Assembly: GCA_032718475.1 (NCBI GenBank)
Contig: JAUCBJ010008178.1
Location: 103,386 to 167,385, forward strand
Source: Nemertoderma westbladi
Taxonomy: Eukaryota; Animalia; Xenacoelomorpha
DNA: 64,000 nucleotides
Direction: 5' to 3'
The position numbers were made by a program, and so were the translations under genes. Positions 1 to 12,681 of this stretch are shown in pieces. Position 1 is the stretch's first letter, and each line of letters starts with the position of its first letter. Under the pieces are notes generated by a model, which did not search any database, was not told the DNA's origin, and saw only the letters and a program-made list of their open reading frames with translations.

Positions 1-3000
1 TATGGGGTGTAAACGCTACACCGACAACCAAGACCATGGCAGTGTTATGGGGTGTAAACGCTACACCGACAACCAAGGCCATGGCAGTGTTATGGGGTGT
101 AAACGCTACACCGAGAACCAAAGCCATGGCAGTGTTATGGGGTGTAAACGCTACACCGACAACCAAGGCGGTGTGTAAACGCTACACCGACAACCAAAGC
201 CATGGAAGTGTTATGGTATGTAAACGCTACACCAACAACCAAGGCCATGGCAGTGTTATGGGGTGTAAATGCTACACCGACAACCAAAGCCATGGCAGTC
301 TTATGGGGTGTAAACGCTACACCAATAATCAAAGCCATGGCAGTGTTATGGGGTGTAAACGCTACACCGACAACCAAGACCATGGCAGTGTTATGGGGTG
401 TAAACGCTACACCGACAACCAATGCCATGGCAGTGTTATGGGGTGTAAACGCTACACCGACAACCAAAGCCATGGCAGTGTTATGGGGTGTAAACGCTAC
501 ACCGACAACCAAGGCGGTGTGTAAACGCTACACCGACAACCAAAGCCATGGAAGTGTTATGGTATGTAAACGCTACACCAACAACCAAGGCCATGGCAGT
601 GTTATGGGGTGTAAATGCTACACCGACAACCAAAGCCATGGCAGTCTTATGGGGTGTAAACGCTACACCAACAATCAAAGCCATGGCAGTGTTATGGGGT
701 GTAAACGCTACACCGACAACCAAGACCATGGCAGTGTTATGGGGTGTAAACGCTACACCGACAACCAAGGCCATGGCAGTGTTATGGGGTGTAAACGCTA
801 CACCGACAACCAAAGCCATGGCAGTGTTATGGGGTTTAAACGCTACACCGACAACCAAAGCCATGGAAGTGTTATGGTGTGTAAACGCTACACCAACAAC
901 CAAGGCCATGGCAGTGTTATGGGGTGTAAACGCTACATAGACAACCAAGGCCATGGCAGTGTTATGGGGTGTAAACGCTACACCAACAATCAAAGCCATG
1001 GCAGTGTTATGGGGTGTAAACGCTACACCGACAACCAAGACCATGGCAGTGTTATGGGGTGTAAACGCTACACCGACAACCAAGGCCATGGCAGTGTTAT
1101 GGGGTGTAAACGCTACACCGACAACCAAAGCCATGGCAGTGTTATGGGGTTTAAACGCTACACCGACAACCAAAGCCATGGAAGTGTTATGGTGTGTAAA
1201 CGCTACACCAACAACCAAGGCCATGGCAGTGTTATGGGGTGTAAACGCTACATAGACAACCAAGGCCATGGCAGTGTTATGGGGTGTAAACGCTACACCA
1301 ACAACCAAAGCCATAGAAGTGTTATGGTGTGTAAACGCTACACCAACAACCAAGGCCATGGCAGTGTTATGGGGTGTAAACGCTACACCAACAACCAAGG
1401 CCATGGTAGTGTTATGGGGTGTTAACGCTACACCAACAACCAAAGCCATGGCAGTGTTATGGGGTGTAAACGCTAAACCGACAACCAAAGCCATGGCAGT
1501 GTTATGGGGTGTAAACGCTAAACCGACAACCACGGCCAAGGCAGTGTTATGGGGTGTAAACGCTACACCAACAACCAAGGCCATGGCAGAGTTATGGTGT
1601 GTTAACGCTACACCAACAACCAAGGCCATGGCAGTGTTATGGGGTGTAAACGCTACACCGACAACCAAAGCCATGGCAGTCTTATGGGGTGTAAACGCTA
1701 CACCAACAATCAAAGCCATGGCAGTGTTATGGGGTGTAAACGCTACACCGACAACCAAGACCATGGCAGTGTTATGGGGTGTAAACGCTACACCGACAAC
1801 CAAGGCCATGGCAGTGTTATGGGGTGTAAACGCTACACCGAGAACCAAAGCCATGGCAGTGTTATGGGGTGTAAACGCTACACCGACAACCAAGGCGGTG
1901 TGTAAACGCTACACCGACAACCAAAGCCATGGAAGTGTTATGGTATGTAAACGCTACACCAACAACCAAGGCCATGGCAGTGTTATGGGGTGTAAATGCT
2001 ACACCGACAACCAAAGCCATGGCAGTCTTATGGGGTGTAAACGCTACACCAACAATCAAAGCCATGGCAGTGTTATGGGGTGTAAACGCTACACCGACAA
2101 CCAGGACCATGGCAGTGTTATGGGGTGTAAACGCTACACCGACAACCAAGGCCATGGCAGTGTTATGGGGTGTAAACGCTACACCGACAACCAAAGCCAT
2201 GGCAGTGTTATGGGGTTTAAACGCTACACCGACAACCAAGGCGGTGTGTAAACGCTACACCGACAACCAAAGCCATGGAAGTGTTATGGTGTGTAAACGC
2301 TACACCAACAACCAAGGCCATGGCAGTGTTATGGGGTGTAAACGCTACATAGACAACCAAGGCTATGGCAGTGTTATGGGGTGTAAACGCTACACCAACA
2401 ACCAAAGCCATAGAAGTGTTATGGTGTGTAAACGCTACACCAACAACCAAGGCCATGGCAGTGTTATGGGGTGTAAACGCTACACCAACAACCAAAGCCA
2501 TGGAAGTGTTATGGGGTGTAAACGCTACACCGACAACCAAGACCATGGTAGTGTTATGGTGTGTAAACGCTACACCAACAACCAAGGCCATGACAGTGTT
2601 ATGGGGTGTAAACGCTACACCAACAACCAAGACCATGGTAGTGTTATGGGGTGTAAACGCTACATAGACAACCAAGGCCATGGCGGTGTTATGGGGTGTA
2701 AACGCAACACCGATAACCAAAGCCATGGAAGTGTTATGGTGTGTAAACGCTACACCGACAACCAAGGCCATGGCGGTGTTATGGGGTGTAAACGCTACAC
2801 CGACAACCAAGGCCATGGCGGTGTTATGGAGTGTAAACGCTACACAGACAACCAAGGCCATGGCGGTGTTATGGGGTGCAAACGCTACACCGACAACCAA
2901 AGCCATGGAAGTGTTATGGTGTGTAAACGCTACACCGACAACCAAGGCCATGGCAGTGTTTTGGGGTGTAAACGCTACACCGACAACCAAGGCCATGGCG

Positions 3001-6000
3001 GTGTTATGGGGTGTAAACGCTACACCGACAACCAAAGCCATGGCAGTGTTATGGGGTGTAAACGCTAAACCGACAACCACGGCCAAGGCAGTGTTATGGG
3101 GTGTAAACGCTACACCAACAACCAAGGCCATGGCAGAGTTATGGTGTGTTAACGCTACACCAACAACCAAGGCCATGGCAGTGTTATGGGGTGTAAACGC
3201 TACACCGACAACCAAAGCCATGGCAGTCTTATGGGGTGTAAACGCTACACCAACAATCAAAGCCATGGCAGTGTTATGGGGTGTAAACGCTACACCGACA
3301 ACCAAGACCATGGCAGTGTTATGGGGTGTAAACGCTACACCGACAACCAAGGCCATGGCAGTGTTATGGGGTGTAAACGCTACACCGAGAACCAAAGCCA
3401 TGGCAGTGTTATGGGGTGTAAACGCTACACCGACAACCAAGGCGGTGTGTAAACGCTACACCGACAACCAAAGCCATGGAAGTGTTATGGTATGTAAACG
3501 CTACACCAACAACCAAGGCCATGGCAGTGTTATGGGGTGTAAATGCTACACCGACAACCAAAGCCATGGCAGTCTTATGGGGTGTAAACGCTACACCAAT
3601 AATCAAAGCCATGGCAGTGTTATGGGGTGTAAACGCTACACCGACAACCAAGACCATGGCAGTGTTATGGGGTGTAAACGCTACACCGACAACCAATGCC
3701 ATGGCAGTGTTATGGGGTGTAAACGCTACACCGACAACCAAAGCCATGGCAGTGTTATGGGGTGTAAACGCTACACCGACAACCAAGGCGGTGTGTAAAC
3801 GCTACACCGACAACCAAAGCCATGGAAGTGTTATGGTATGTAAACGCTACACCAACAACCAAGGCCATGGCAGTGTTATGGGGTGTAAATGCTACACCGA
3901 CAACCAAAGCCATGGCAGTCTTATGGGGTGTAAACGCTACACCAACAATCAAAGCCATGGCAGTGTTATGGGGTGTAAACGCTACACCGACAACCAAGAC
4001 CATGGCAGTGTTATGGGGTGTAAACGCTACACCGACAACCAAGGCCATGGCAGTGTTATGGGGTGTAAACGCTACACCGACAACCAAAGCCATGGCAGTG
4101 TTATGGGGTTTAAACGCTACACCGACAACCAAAGCCATGGAAGTGTTATGGTGTGTAAACGCTACACCAACAACCAAGGCCATGGCAGTGTTATGGGGTG
4201 TAAACGCTACATAGACAACCAAGGCCATGGCAGTGTTATGGGGTGTAAACGCTACACCAACAATCAAAGCCATGGCAGTGTTATGGGGTGTAAACGCTAC
4301 ACCGACAACCAAGACCATGGCAGTGTTATGGGGTGTAAACGCTACACCGACAACCAAGGCCATGGCAGTGTTATGGGGTGTAAACGCTACACCGACAACC
4401 AAAGCCATGGCAGTGTTATGGGGTTTAAACGCTACACCGACAACCAAAGCCATGGAAGTGTTATGGTGTGTAAACGCTACACCAACAACCAAGGCCATGG
4501 CAGTGTTATGGGGTGTAAACGCTACATAGACAACCAAGGCCATGGCAGTGTTATGGGGTGTAAACGCTACACCAACAACCAAAGCCATAGAAGTGTTATG
4601 GTGTGTAAACGCTACACCAACAACCAAGGCCATGGCAGTGTTATGGGGTGTAAACGCTACACCAACAACCAAGGCCATGGTAGTGTTATGGGGTGTTAAC
4701 GCTACACCAACAACCAAAGCCATGGCAGTGTTATGGGGTGTAAACGCTAAACCGACAACCAAAGCCATGGCAGTGTTATGGGGTGTAAACGCTAAACCGA
4801 CAACCACGGCCAAGGCAGTGTTATGGGGTGTAAACGCTACACCAACAACCAAGGCCATGGCAGAGTTATGGTGTGTTAACGCTACACCAACAACCAAGGC
4901 CATGGCAGTGTTATGGGGTGTAAACGCTACACCGACAACCAAAGCCATGGCAGTCTTATGGGGTGTAAACGCTACACCAACAATCAAAGCCATGGCAGTG
5001 TTATGGGGTGTAAACGCTACACCGACAACCAAGACCATGGCAGTGTTATGGGGTGTAAACGCTACACCGACAACCAAGGCCATGGCAGTGTTATGGGGTG
5101 TAAACGCTACACCGAGAACCAAAGCCATGGCAGTGTTATGGGGTGTAAACGCTACACCGACAACCAAGGCGGTGTGTAAACGCTACACCGACAACCAAAG
5201 CCATGGAAGTGTTATGGTATGTAAACGCTACACCAACAACCAAGGCCATGGCAGTGTTATGGGGTGTAAATGCTACACCGACAACCAAAGCCATGGCAGT
5301 CTTATGGGGTGTAAACGCTACACCAACAATCAAAGCCATGGCAGTGTTATGGGGTGTAAACGCTACACCGACAACCAGGACCATGGCAGTGTTATGGGGT
5401 GTAAACGCTACACCGACAACCAAGGCCATGGCAGTGTTATGGGGTGTAAACGCTACACCGACAACCAAAGCCATGGCAGTGTTATGGGGTTTAAACGCTA
5501 CACCGACAACCAAGGCGGTGTGTAAACGCTACACCGACAACCAAAGCCATGGAAGTGTTATGGTGTGTAAACGCTACACCAACAACCAAGGCCATGGCAG
5601 TGTTATGGGGTGTAAACGCTACATAGACAACCAAGGCTATGGCAGTGTTATGGGGTGTAAACGCTACACCAACAACCAAAGCCATAGAAGTGTTATGGTG
5701 TGTAAACGCTACACCAACAACCAAGGCCATGGCAGTGTTATGGGGTGTAAACGCTACACCAACAACCAAAGCCATGGAAGTGTTATGGGGTGTAAACGCT
5801 ACACCGACAACCAAGACCATGGTAGTGTTATGGTGTGTAAACGCTACACCAACAACCAAGGCCATGACAGTGTTATGGGGTGTAAACGCTACACCAACAA
5901 CCAAGACCATGGCGGTGTTATGGAGTGTAAACGCTACACAGACAACCAAGGCCATGGCGGTGTTATGGGGTGCAAACGCTACACCGACAACCAAAGCCAT

Positions 6001-9000
6001 GGAAGTGTTATGGTGTGTAAACGCTACACCGACAACCAAGGCCATGGCAGTGTTTTGGGGTGTAAACGCTACACCGACAACCAAGGCCATGGCGGTGTTA
6101 TGGGGTGTAAACGCTACACCGACAACCAAAGCCATGGCAGTGTTATGGGGTGTAAACGCTAAACCGACAACCACGGCCAAGGCAGTGTTATGGGGTGTAA
6201 ACGCTACACCAACAACCAAGGCCATGGCAGAGTTATGGTGTGTTAACGCTACACCAACAACCAAGGCCATGGCAGTGTTATGGGGTGTAAACGCTACACC
6301 GACAACCAAAGCCATGGCAGTCTTATGGGGTGTAAACGCTACACCAACAATCAAAGCCATGGCAGTGTTATGGGGTGTAAACGCTACACCAACAACCAAG
6401 GCCATGACAGTGTTATGGGGTGTAAACGCTACACCAACAACCAAGACCATGGTAGTGTTATGGGGTGTAAACGCTACATAGACAACCAAGGCCATGGCGG
6501 TGTTATGGGGTGTAAACGCAACACCGATAACCAAAGCCATGGAAGTGTTATGGTGTGTAAACGCTACACCGACAACCAAGGCCATGGCGGTGTTATGGGG
6601 TGTAAACGCTACACCGACAACCAAGGCCATGGCGGTGTTATGGAGTGTAAACGCTACACAGACAACCAAGGCCATGGCGGTGTTATGGGGTGCAAACGCT
6701 ACACCGACAACCAAAGCCATGGAAGTGTTATGGTGTGTAAACGCTACACCGACAACCAAGGCCATGGCAGTGTTTTGGGGTGTAAACGCTACACCGACAA
6801 CCAAGGCCATGGCGGTGTTATGGGGTGTAAACGCTACACCGACAACCAAAGCCATGGCAGTGTTATGGGGTGTAAACGCTAAACCGACAACCACGGCCAA
6901 GGCAGTGTTATGGGGTGTAAACGCTACACCAACAACCAAGGCCATGGCAGAGTTATGGTGTGTTAACGCTACACCAACAACCAAGGCCATGGCAGTGTTA
7001 TGGGGTGTAAACGCTACACCGACAACCAAAGCCATGGCAGTCTTATGGGGTGTAAACGCTACACCAACAATCAAAGCCATGGCAGTGTTATGGGGTGTAA
7101 ACGCTACACCGACAACCAAGACCATGGCAGTGTTATGGGGTGTAAACGCTACACCGACAACCAAGGCCATGGCAGTGTTATGGGGTGTAAACGCTACACC
7201 GAGAACCAAAGCCATGGCAGTGTTATGGGGTGTAAACGCTACACCGACAACCAAGGCGGTGTGTAAACGCTACACCGACAACCAAAGCCATGGAAGTGTT
7301 ATGGTATGTAAACGCTACACCAACAACCAAGGCCATGGCAGTGTTATGGGGTGTAAATGCTACACCGACAACCAAAGCCATGGCAGTCTTATGGGGTGTA
7401 AACGCTACACCAATAATCAAAGCCATGGCAGTGTTATGGGGTGTAAACGCTACACCGACAACCAAGACCATGGCAGTGTTATGGGGTGTAAACGCTACAC
7501 CGACAACCAATGCCATGGCAGTGTTATGGGGTGTAAACGCTACACCGACAACCAAAGCCATGGCAGTGTTATGGGGTGTAAACGCTACACCGACAACCAA
7601 GGCGGTGTGTAAACGCTACACCGACAACCAAAGCCATGGAAGTGTTATGGTATGTAAACGCTACACCAACAACCAAGGCCATGGCAGTGTTATGGGGTGT
7701 AAATGCTACACCGACAACCAAAGCCATGGCAGTCTTATGGGGTGTAAACGCTACACCAACAATCAAAGCCATGGCAGTGTTATGGGGTGTAAACGCTACA
7801 CCGACAACCAAGACCATGGCAGTGTTATGGGGTGTAAACGCTACACCGACAACCAAGGCCATGGCAGTGTTATGGGGTGTAAACGCTACACCGACAACCA
7901 AAGCCATGGCAGTGTTATGGGGTTTAAACGCTACACCGACAACCAAAGCCATGGAAGTGTTATGGTGTGTAAACGCTACACCAACAACCAAGGCCATGGC
8001 AGTGTTATGGGGTGTAAACGCTACATAGACAACCAAGGCCATGGCAGTGTTATGGGGTGTAAACGCTACACCAACAATCAAAGCCATGGCAGTGTTATGG
8101 GGTGTAAACGCTACACCGACAACCAAGACCATGGCAGTGTTATGGGGTGTAAACGCTACACCGACAACCAAGGCCATGGCAGTGTTATGGGGTGTAAACG
8201 CTACACCGACAACCAAAGCCATGGCAGTGTTATGGGGTTTAAACGCTACACCGACAACCAAAGCCATGGAAGTGTTATGGTGTGTAAACGCTACACCAAC
8301 AACCAAGGCCATGGCAGTGTTATGGGGTGTAAACGCTACATAGACAACCAAGGCCATGGCAGTGTTATGGGGTGTAAACGCTACACCAACAACCAAAGCC
8401 ATAGAAGTGTTATGGTGTGTAAACGCTACACCAACAACCAAGGCCATGGCAGTGTTATGGGGTGTAAACGCTACACCAACAACCAAGGCCATGGTAGTGT
8501 TATGGGGTGTTAACGCTACACCAACAACCAAAGCCATGGCAGTGTTATGGGGTGTAAACGCTAAACCGACAACCAAAGCCATGGCAGTGTTATGGGGTGT
8601 AAACGCTAAACCGACAACCACGGCCAAGGCAGTGTTATGGGGTGTAAACGCTACACCAACAACCAAGGCCATGGCAGAGTTATGGTGTGTTAACGCTACA
8701 CCAACAACCAAGGCCATGGCAGTGTTATGGGGTGTAAACGCTACACCGACAACCAAAGCCATGGCAGTCTTATGGGGTGTAAACGCTACACCAACAATCA
8801 AAGCCATGGCAGTGTTATGGGGTGTAAACGCTACACCGACAACCAAGACCATGGCAGTGTTATGGGGTGTAAACGCTACACCGACAACCAAGGCCATGGC
8901 AGTGTTATGGGGTGTAAACGCTACACCGAGAACCAAAGCCATGGCAGTGTTATGGGGTGTAAACGCTACACCGACAACCAAGGCGGTGTGTAAACGCTAC

Positions 9001-10570
9001 ACCGACAACCAAAGCCATGGAAGTGTTATGGTATGTAAACGCTACACCAACAACCAAGGCCATGGCAGTGTTATGGGGTGTAAATGCTACACCGACAACC
9101 AAAGCCATGGCAGTCTTATGGGGTGTAAACGCTACACCAACAATCAAAGCCATGGCAGTGTTATGGGGTGTAAACGCTACACCGACAACCAGGACCATGG
9201 CAGTGTTATGGGGTGTAAACGCTACACCGACAACCAAGGCCATGGCAGTGTTATGGGGTGTAAACGCTACACCGACAACCAAAGCCATGGCAGTGTTATG
9301 GGGTTTAAACGCTACACCGACAACCAAGGCGGTGTGTAAACGCTACACCGACAACCAAAGCCATGGAAGTGTTATGGTGTGTAAACGCTACACCAACAAC
9401 CAAGGCCATGGCAGTGTTATGGGGTGTAAACGCTACATAGACAACCAAGGCTATGGCAGTGTTATGGGGTGTAAACGCTACACCAACAACCAAAGCCATA
9501 GAAGTGTTATGGTGTGTAAACGCTACACCAACAACCAAGGCCATGGCAGTGTTATGGGGTGTAAACGCTACACCAACAACCAAAGCCATGGAAGTGTTAT
9601 GGGGTGTAAACGCTACACCGACAACCAAGACCATGGTAGTGTTATGGTGTGTAAACGCTACACCAACAACCAAGGCCATGACAGTGTTATGGGGTGTAAA
9701 CGCTACACCAACAACCAAGACCATGGTAGTGTTATGGGGTGTAAACGCTACATAGACAACCAAGGCCATGGCGGTGTTATGGGGTGTAAACGCAACACCG
9801 ATAACCAAAGCCATGGAAGTGTTATGGTGTGTAAACGCTACACCGACAACCAAGGCCATGGCGGTGTTATGGGGTGTAAACGCTACACCGACAACCAAGG
9901 CCATGGCGGTGTTATGGAGTGTAAACGCTACACACACAACCAAGGCCATGGCGGTGTTATGGGGTGCAAACGCTACACCGACAACCAAAGCCATGGAAGT
10001 GTTATGGTGTGTAAACGCTACACCGACAACCAAGGCCATGGCAGTGTTTTGGGGTGTAAACGCTACACCGACAACCAAGGCCATGGCGGTGTTATGGGGT
10101 GTAAACGCTACACCGACAACCAAGGCCATGGCGGTGTTATGGAGTGTAAACGCTACACCGACAACCAAGGCCATGGTAGTGTTATGGAGTGTAAACGCTA
10201 CACAGACAACCAAGGCCATGGCGGTGTTATGGGGTGCAAACGCTACACCGACAACCAAAGCCATGGAAGTGTTATGGTGTGTAAACGCTACACCGACAAC
10301 CAAGGCCATGGCGGTGTTATGGTGTGTAAACGCTACACCGACAACCAAGGCCATGGCAGTGTTATGGTGTGTAAACGCTACACCGACAACCAAGACCATG
10401 GTAGTGTTATGGGGTGTAAACGCTACACCAACAACCAAAGCCATGGAAGTGTTATGGGGTGTAAACGCTACATAGACAACCAAGGCCATGGCAGTGTTAT
10501 GGGGTGTAAACGCTACACCAACAACCAAAGCCATGGAAGTGTTATGGTGTGTAAACGCTACACCGACAAC
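1..10570. repeat. 45-bp tandem satellite (consensus GGGTGTAAACGCTACACCGACAACCAAGGCCATGGCAGTGTTATG), ~235 units in window, with higher-order structure; runs off the window start
   Basis: Direct reading. Recurrent 31-bp deleted units (CAAGGCGGTGTGTAAAC) occur in pairs 346 bp apart. Identical variant blocks recur at 3274 and 3814 bp offsets (ORF track 202/3476/7290). Confidence 0.98.
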
Positions 10571-10735
10571 AAGAGCCGACAACATCAAATATGAAACTGT
10601 AACCTATGCGCTTCACTCTCGTTTATTGTTTTGATTAGAAAAGGGTTCCACTCTATATGTTTTTTCTCTGAATTGATACTTTAACATTATTGGTAATTAG
10701 CGTCAATGTTGGTTGTCTGAGTGGCGTTTACACCC
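10547..10735. mobile_element. MULE-like MITE at the right end of the 45-bp array
   Basis: Left TIR G(T/G)GTGTAAACGCTACACCGACAAC and right TIR GTTGTCTGAGTGGCGTTTACACCC. 9-bp flanks AGTGTTATG (10538-10546) and AGAGTTATG (10736-10744). Interior homologous to the MITE at 25632-25843. Confidence 0.8.
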
Positions 10736-10885
10736 AGAGTTATGAGCAAATGAATAGACCTAATTAAAATCGCTGTCCTATTGATTTTGGTGTAGCTAGC
10801 CAAAATGTTCATGTATATAATTTTAACTAACGGTACCACAATTACCTTCTAAAATACCACAACAGTATTATTGAAAATCTCTCAC

Positions 10886-11470
10886 CTTATAAATTTTGTT
10901 TATATCCAATTTAATACTGCCGGTACAGTTGCTATCTGCTTTGAGGTCTTTCTTACAACAGGTATCTGGTACCATGCCCGGATTCTTCATTCCCCATGGA
11001 GTATCGCTCCAATCAGTATACTCCATAAACCCACAGCAGCCGGCGTTGCTCTGTATCGCGTTCATAACAGATGGATTGGTGAGGTAATCCGATTGTGCTT
11101 TTTCTATCTCGGTTCTAGTACCATTGGTCAGTAAATCCCTGTAATGATAGGCCAATGAACCGCTGACAATCTCTAAAGCGAAGATGACAAGTACAAAGGT
11201 AAAGAACATCGCAAGGAGACATTTATTTGACTGGAAGACACCGCAGCATCCAATGATAGACGTAATGAAGACAAAAACACCGATTATGATAAACACAACA
11301 GCGGGGATGACAACGTATCTAACTGATACTAAATGGAACTCCTCGTAGGAAGTTATAGCCCAGGCGGCAATGTAGAACAGAACGCCGGCCACGGCCCATA
11401 GAACGACGTTGAGAAGGATAATGATAAACCGTGAGGTACATTGGCAACTATCAGCCGTACAACATCCCAT
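10886..11470 (-). CDS. TSPAN3: Tetraspanin (TSPAN3/36-like), first coding exon (195 codons: TM1-3 and most of EC2)
   Basis: Three hydrophobic TM segments, GCCG in the small inner loop, EC2 CCG...DW and PDTCC motifs. 'VVIPAVVFIIIG' resembles TSPAN3. Phase-0 donor AAG|GTGAGA at 10886/10885, just before the expected GC motif and TM4, which are not in this window. Subfamily symbol is tentative. Confidence 0.9.
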
Positions 11471-12068
11471 GGCGAATCAGATATAGTAGAAAACGTAATC
11501 TCGGAAAAAGTACAATTATAATGAATTTATAATGAATTTTGTTTTGAATTTATAAATATGACAGGATATTTTCAGCATAAATGCAATAAAGCCTAGAGTG
11601 CACCCTAATGCCAGTTAACTGGTAGTTTATGGCAGTTTATCCAATGAGACCACCTGTTTGCATTGAGTAACGCCAATATTAATTGGACTTTGCCTAATCC
11701 AGTAAACAACTCAATAAGTCACATATTGTCCTAAACTAATTTATCATTGTCCATTCTAATAAGCTTTGATAAACGACTGATTTGCTAGAAACAACTGCGA
11801 TAGACCAATTAATAATAATTATAATAATGAAAACTTTGCTACAATATCCTAATCCCGTATAAAAATGATAACAAAAACATCGATTAATTAATATAGGCCT
11901 ACTGTATTGTAGGTATAGAAAGTCGCGATAGCGTGTGGGGAAGGGGATGGCACAAATCATCACCAACCATAATAATATGTATTGAATATATTCAATATGC
12001 TATTTCGCTAACTGTCTTAACATGTTAGCTATTTATTTTGGAATAATTGTTATTTTCTTGAGCTACAA

Positions 12069-12215
12069 GTGAGGGGGTCCGGCAACAATTTGCAGAAACA
12101 AGTTGCAGGTTGCAGCAACAAGTTGCAGAAACAAATTGGATGTTGCAGCAACAAGTTTATGTGTGTGAGGGGGTCCAGCAACAAGTTTCAGAAACAAGTT
12201 GCTCCGTGTGAGGGG
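12069..12215. repeat. Short degenerate repeats (GCAACAAGTTGCAGAAACAA / GAGGGGGTCC), probably a DNA-transposon subterminal relic
   Basis: Motifs repeated 3-4 times; the transposon origin is inference. Confidence 0.45.
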
Positions 12216-12681
12216 GCATTAACCGCTTACATCAACATTTGGAAATTAATATTGTAATTTTGCGTAAAATCTTATACTGGTATCACAGTGGTTCAAAGCT
12301 ACTTGGCCGCACCCACCCGCCTCTCGAGTATTAATGTCTGCTCATTATAATGCTCATTTTCGTTTTAAACCGGAACCAATGATTTATTATAGATTAAAAT
12401 AAATATTGAGATTACAAAAAGAGTTAGTGTTCTAAGAAAAACATAATCAAATTACTCGGTGAGATTTATAGATTTCGGCCGCAAGTTTTTCAGCCGAAAT
12501 ATGCTTATTTAATGTTATTTATTATTATATTTACGGTCGAAATGTATCTTTTTACAAAACATTTTTACTTTTCCGACAGGCATTTTAAATAAATAAATTC
12601 CTATTAACAGAGTAGCATTTCCACCACGGCCATGTTAGGCCTATTCATGCAACCAATCCATACCGTAGGGAATATTACAGT

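Noticed and set aside
36-10594. Dozens of 90-590-aa ORFs on both strands in the 45-bp array
   Set aside because: The period is a multiple of 3 and several frames lack stops by chance; ORFs overlap in three frames and switch at the 31-bp units. No evidence of coding.
10868-10885. ORF-track C-terminus VRDFQ* of the tetraspanin
   Set aside because: Read-through into an intron after a consensus GTGAGA donor; TM4 is missing.
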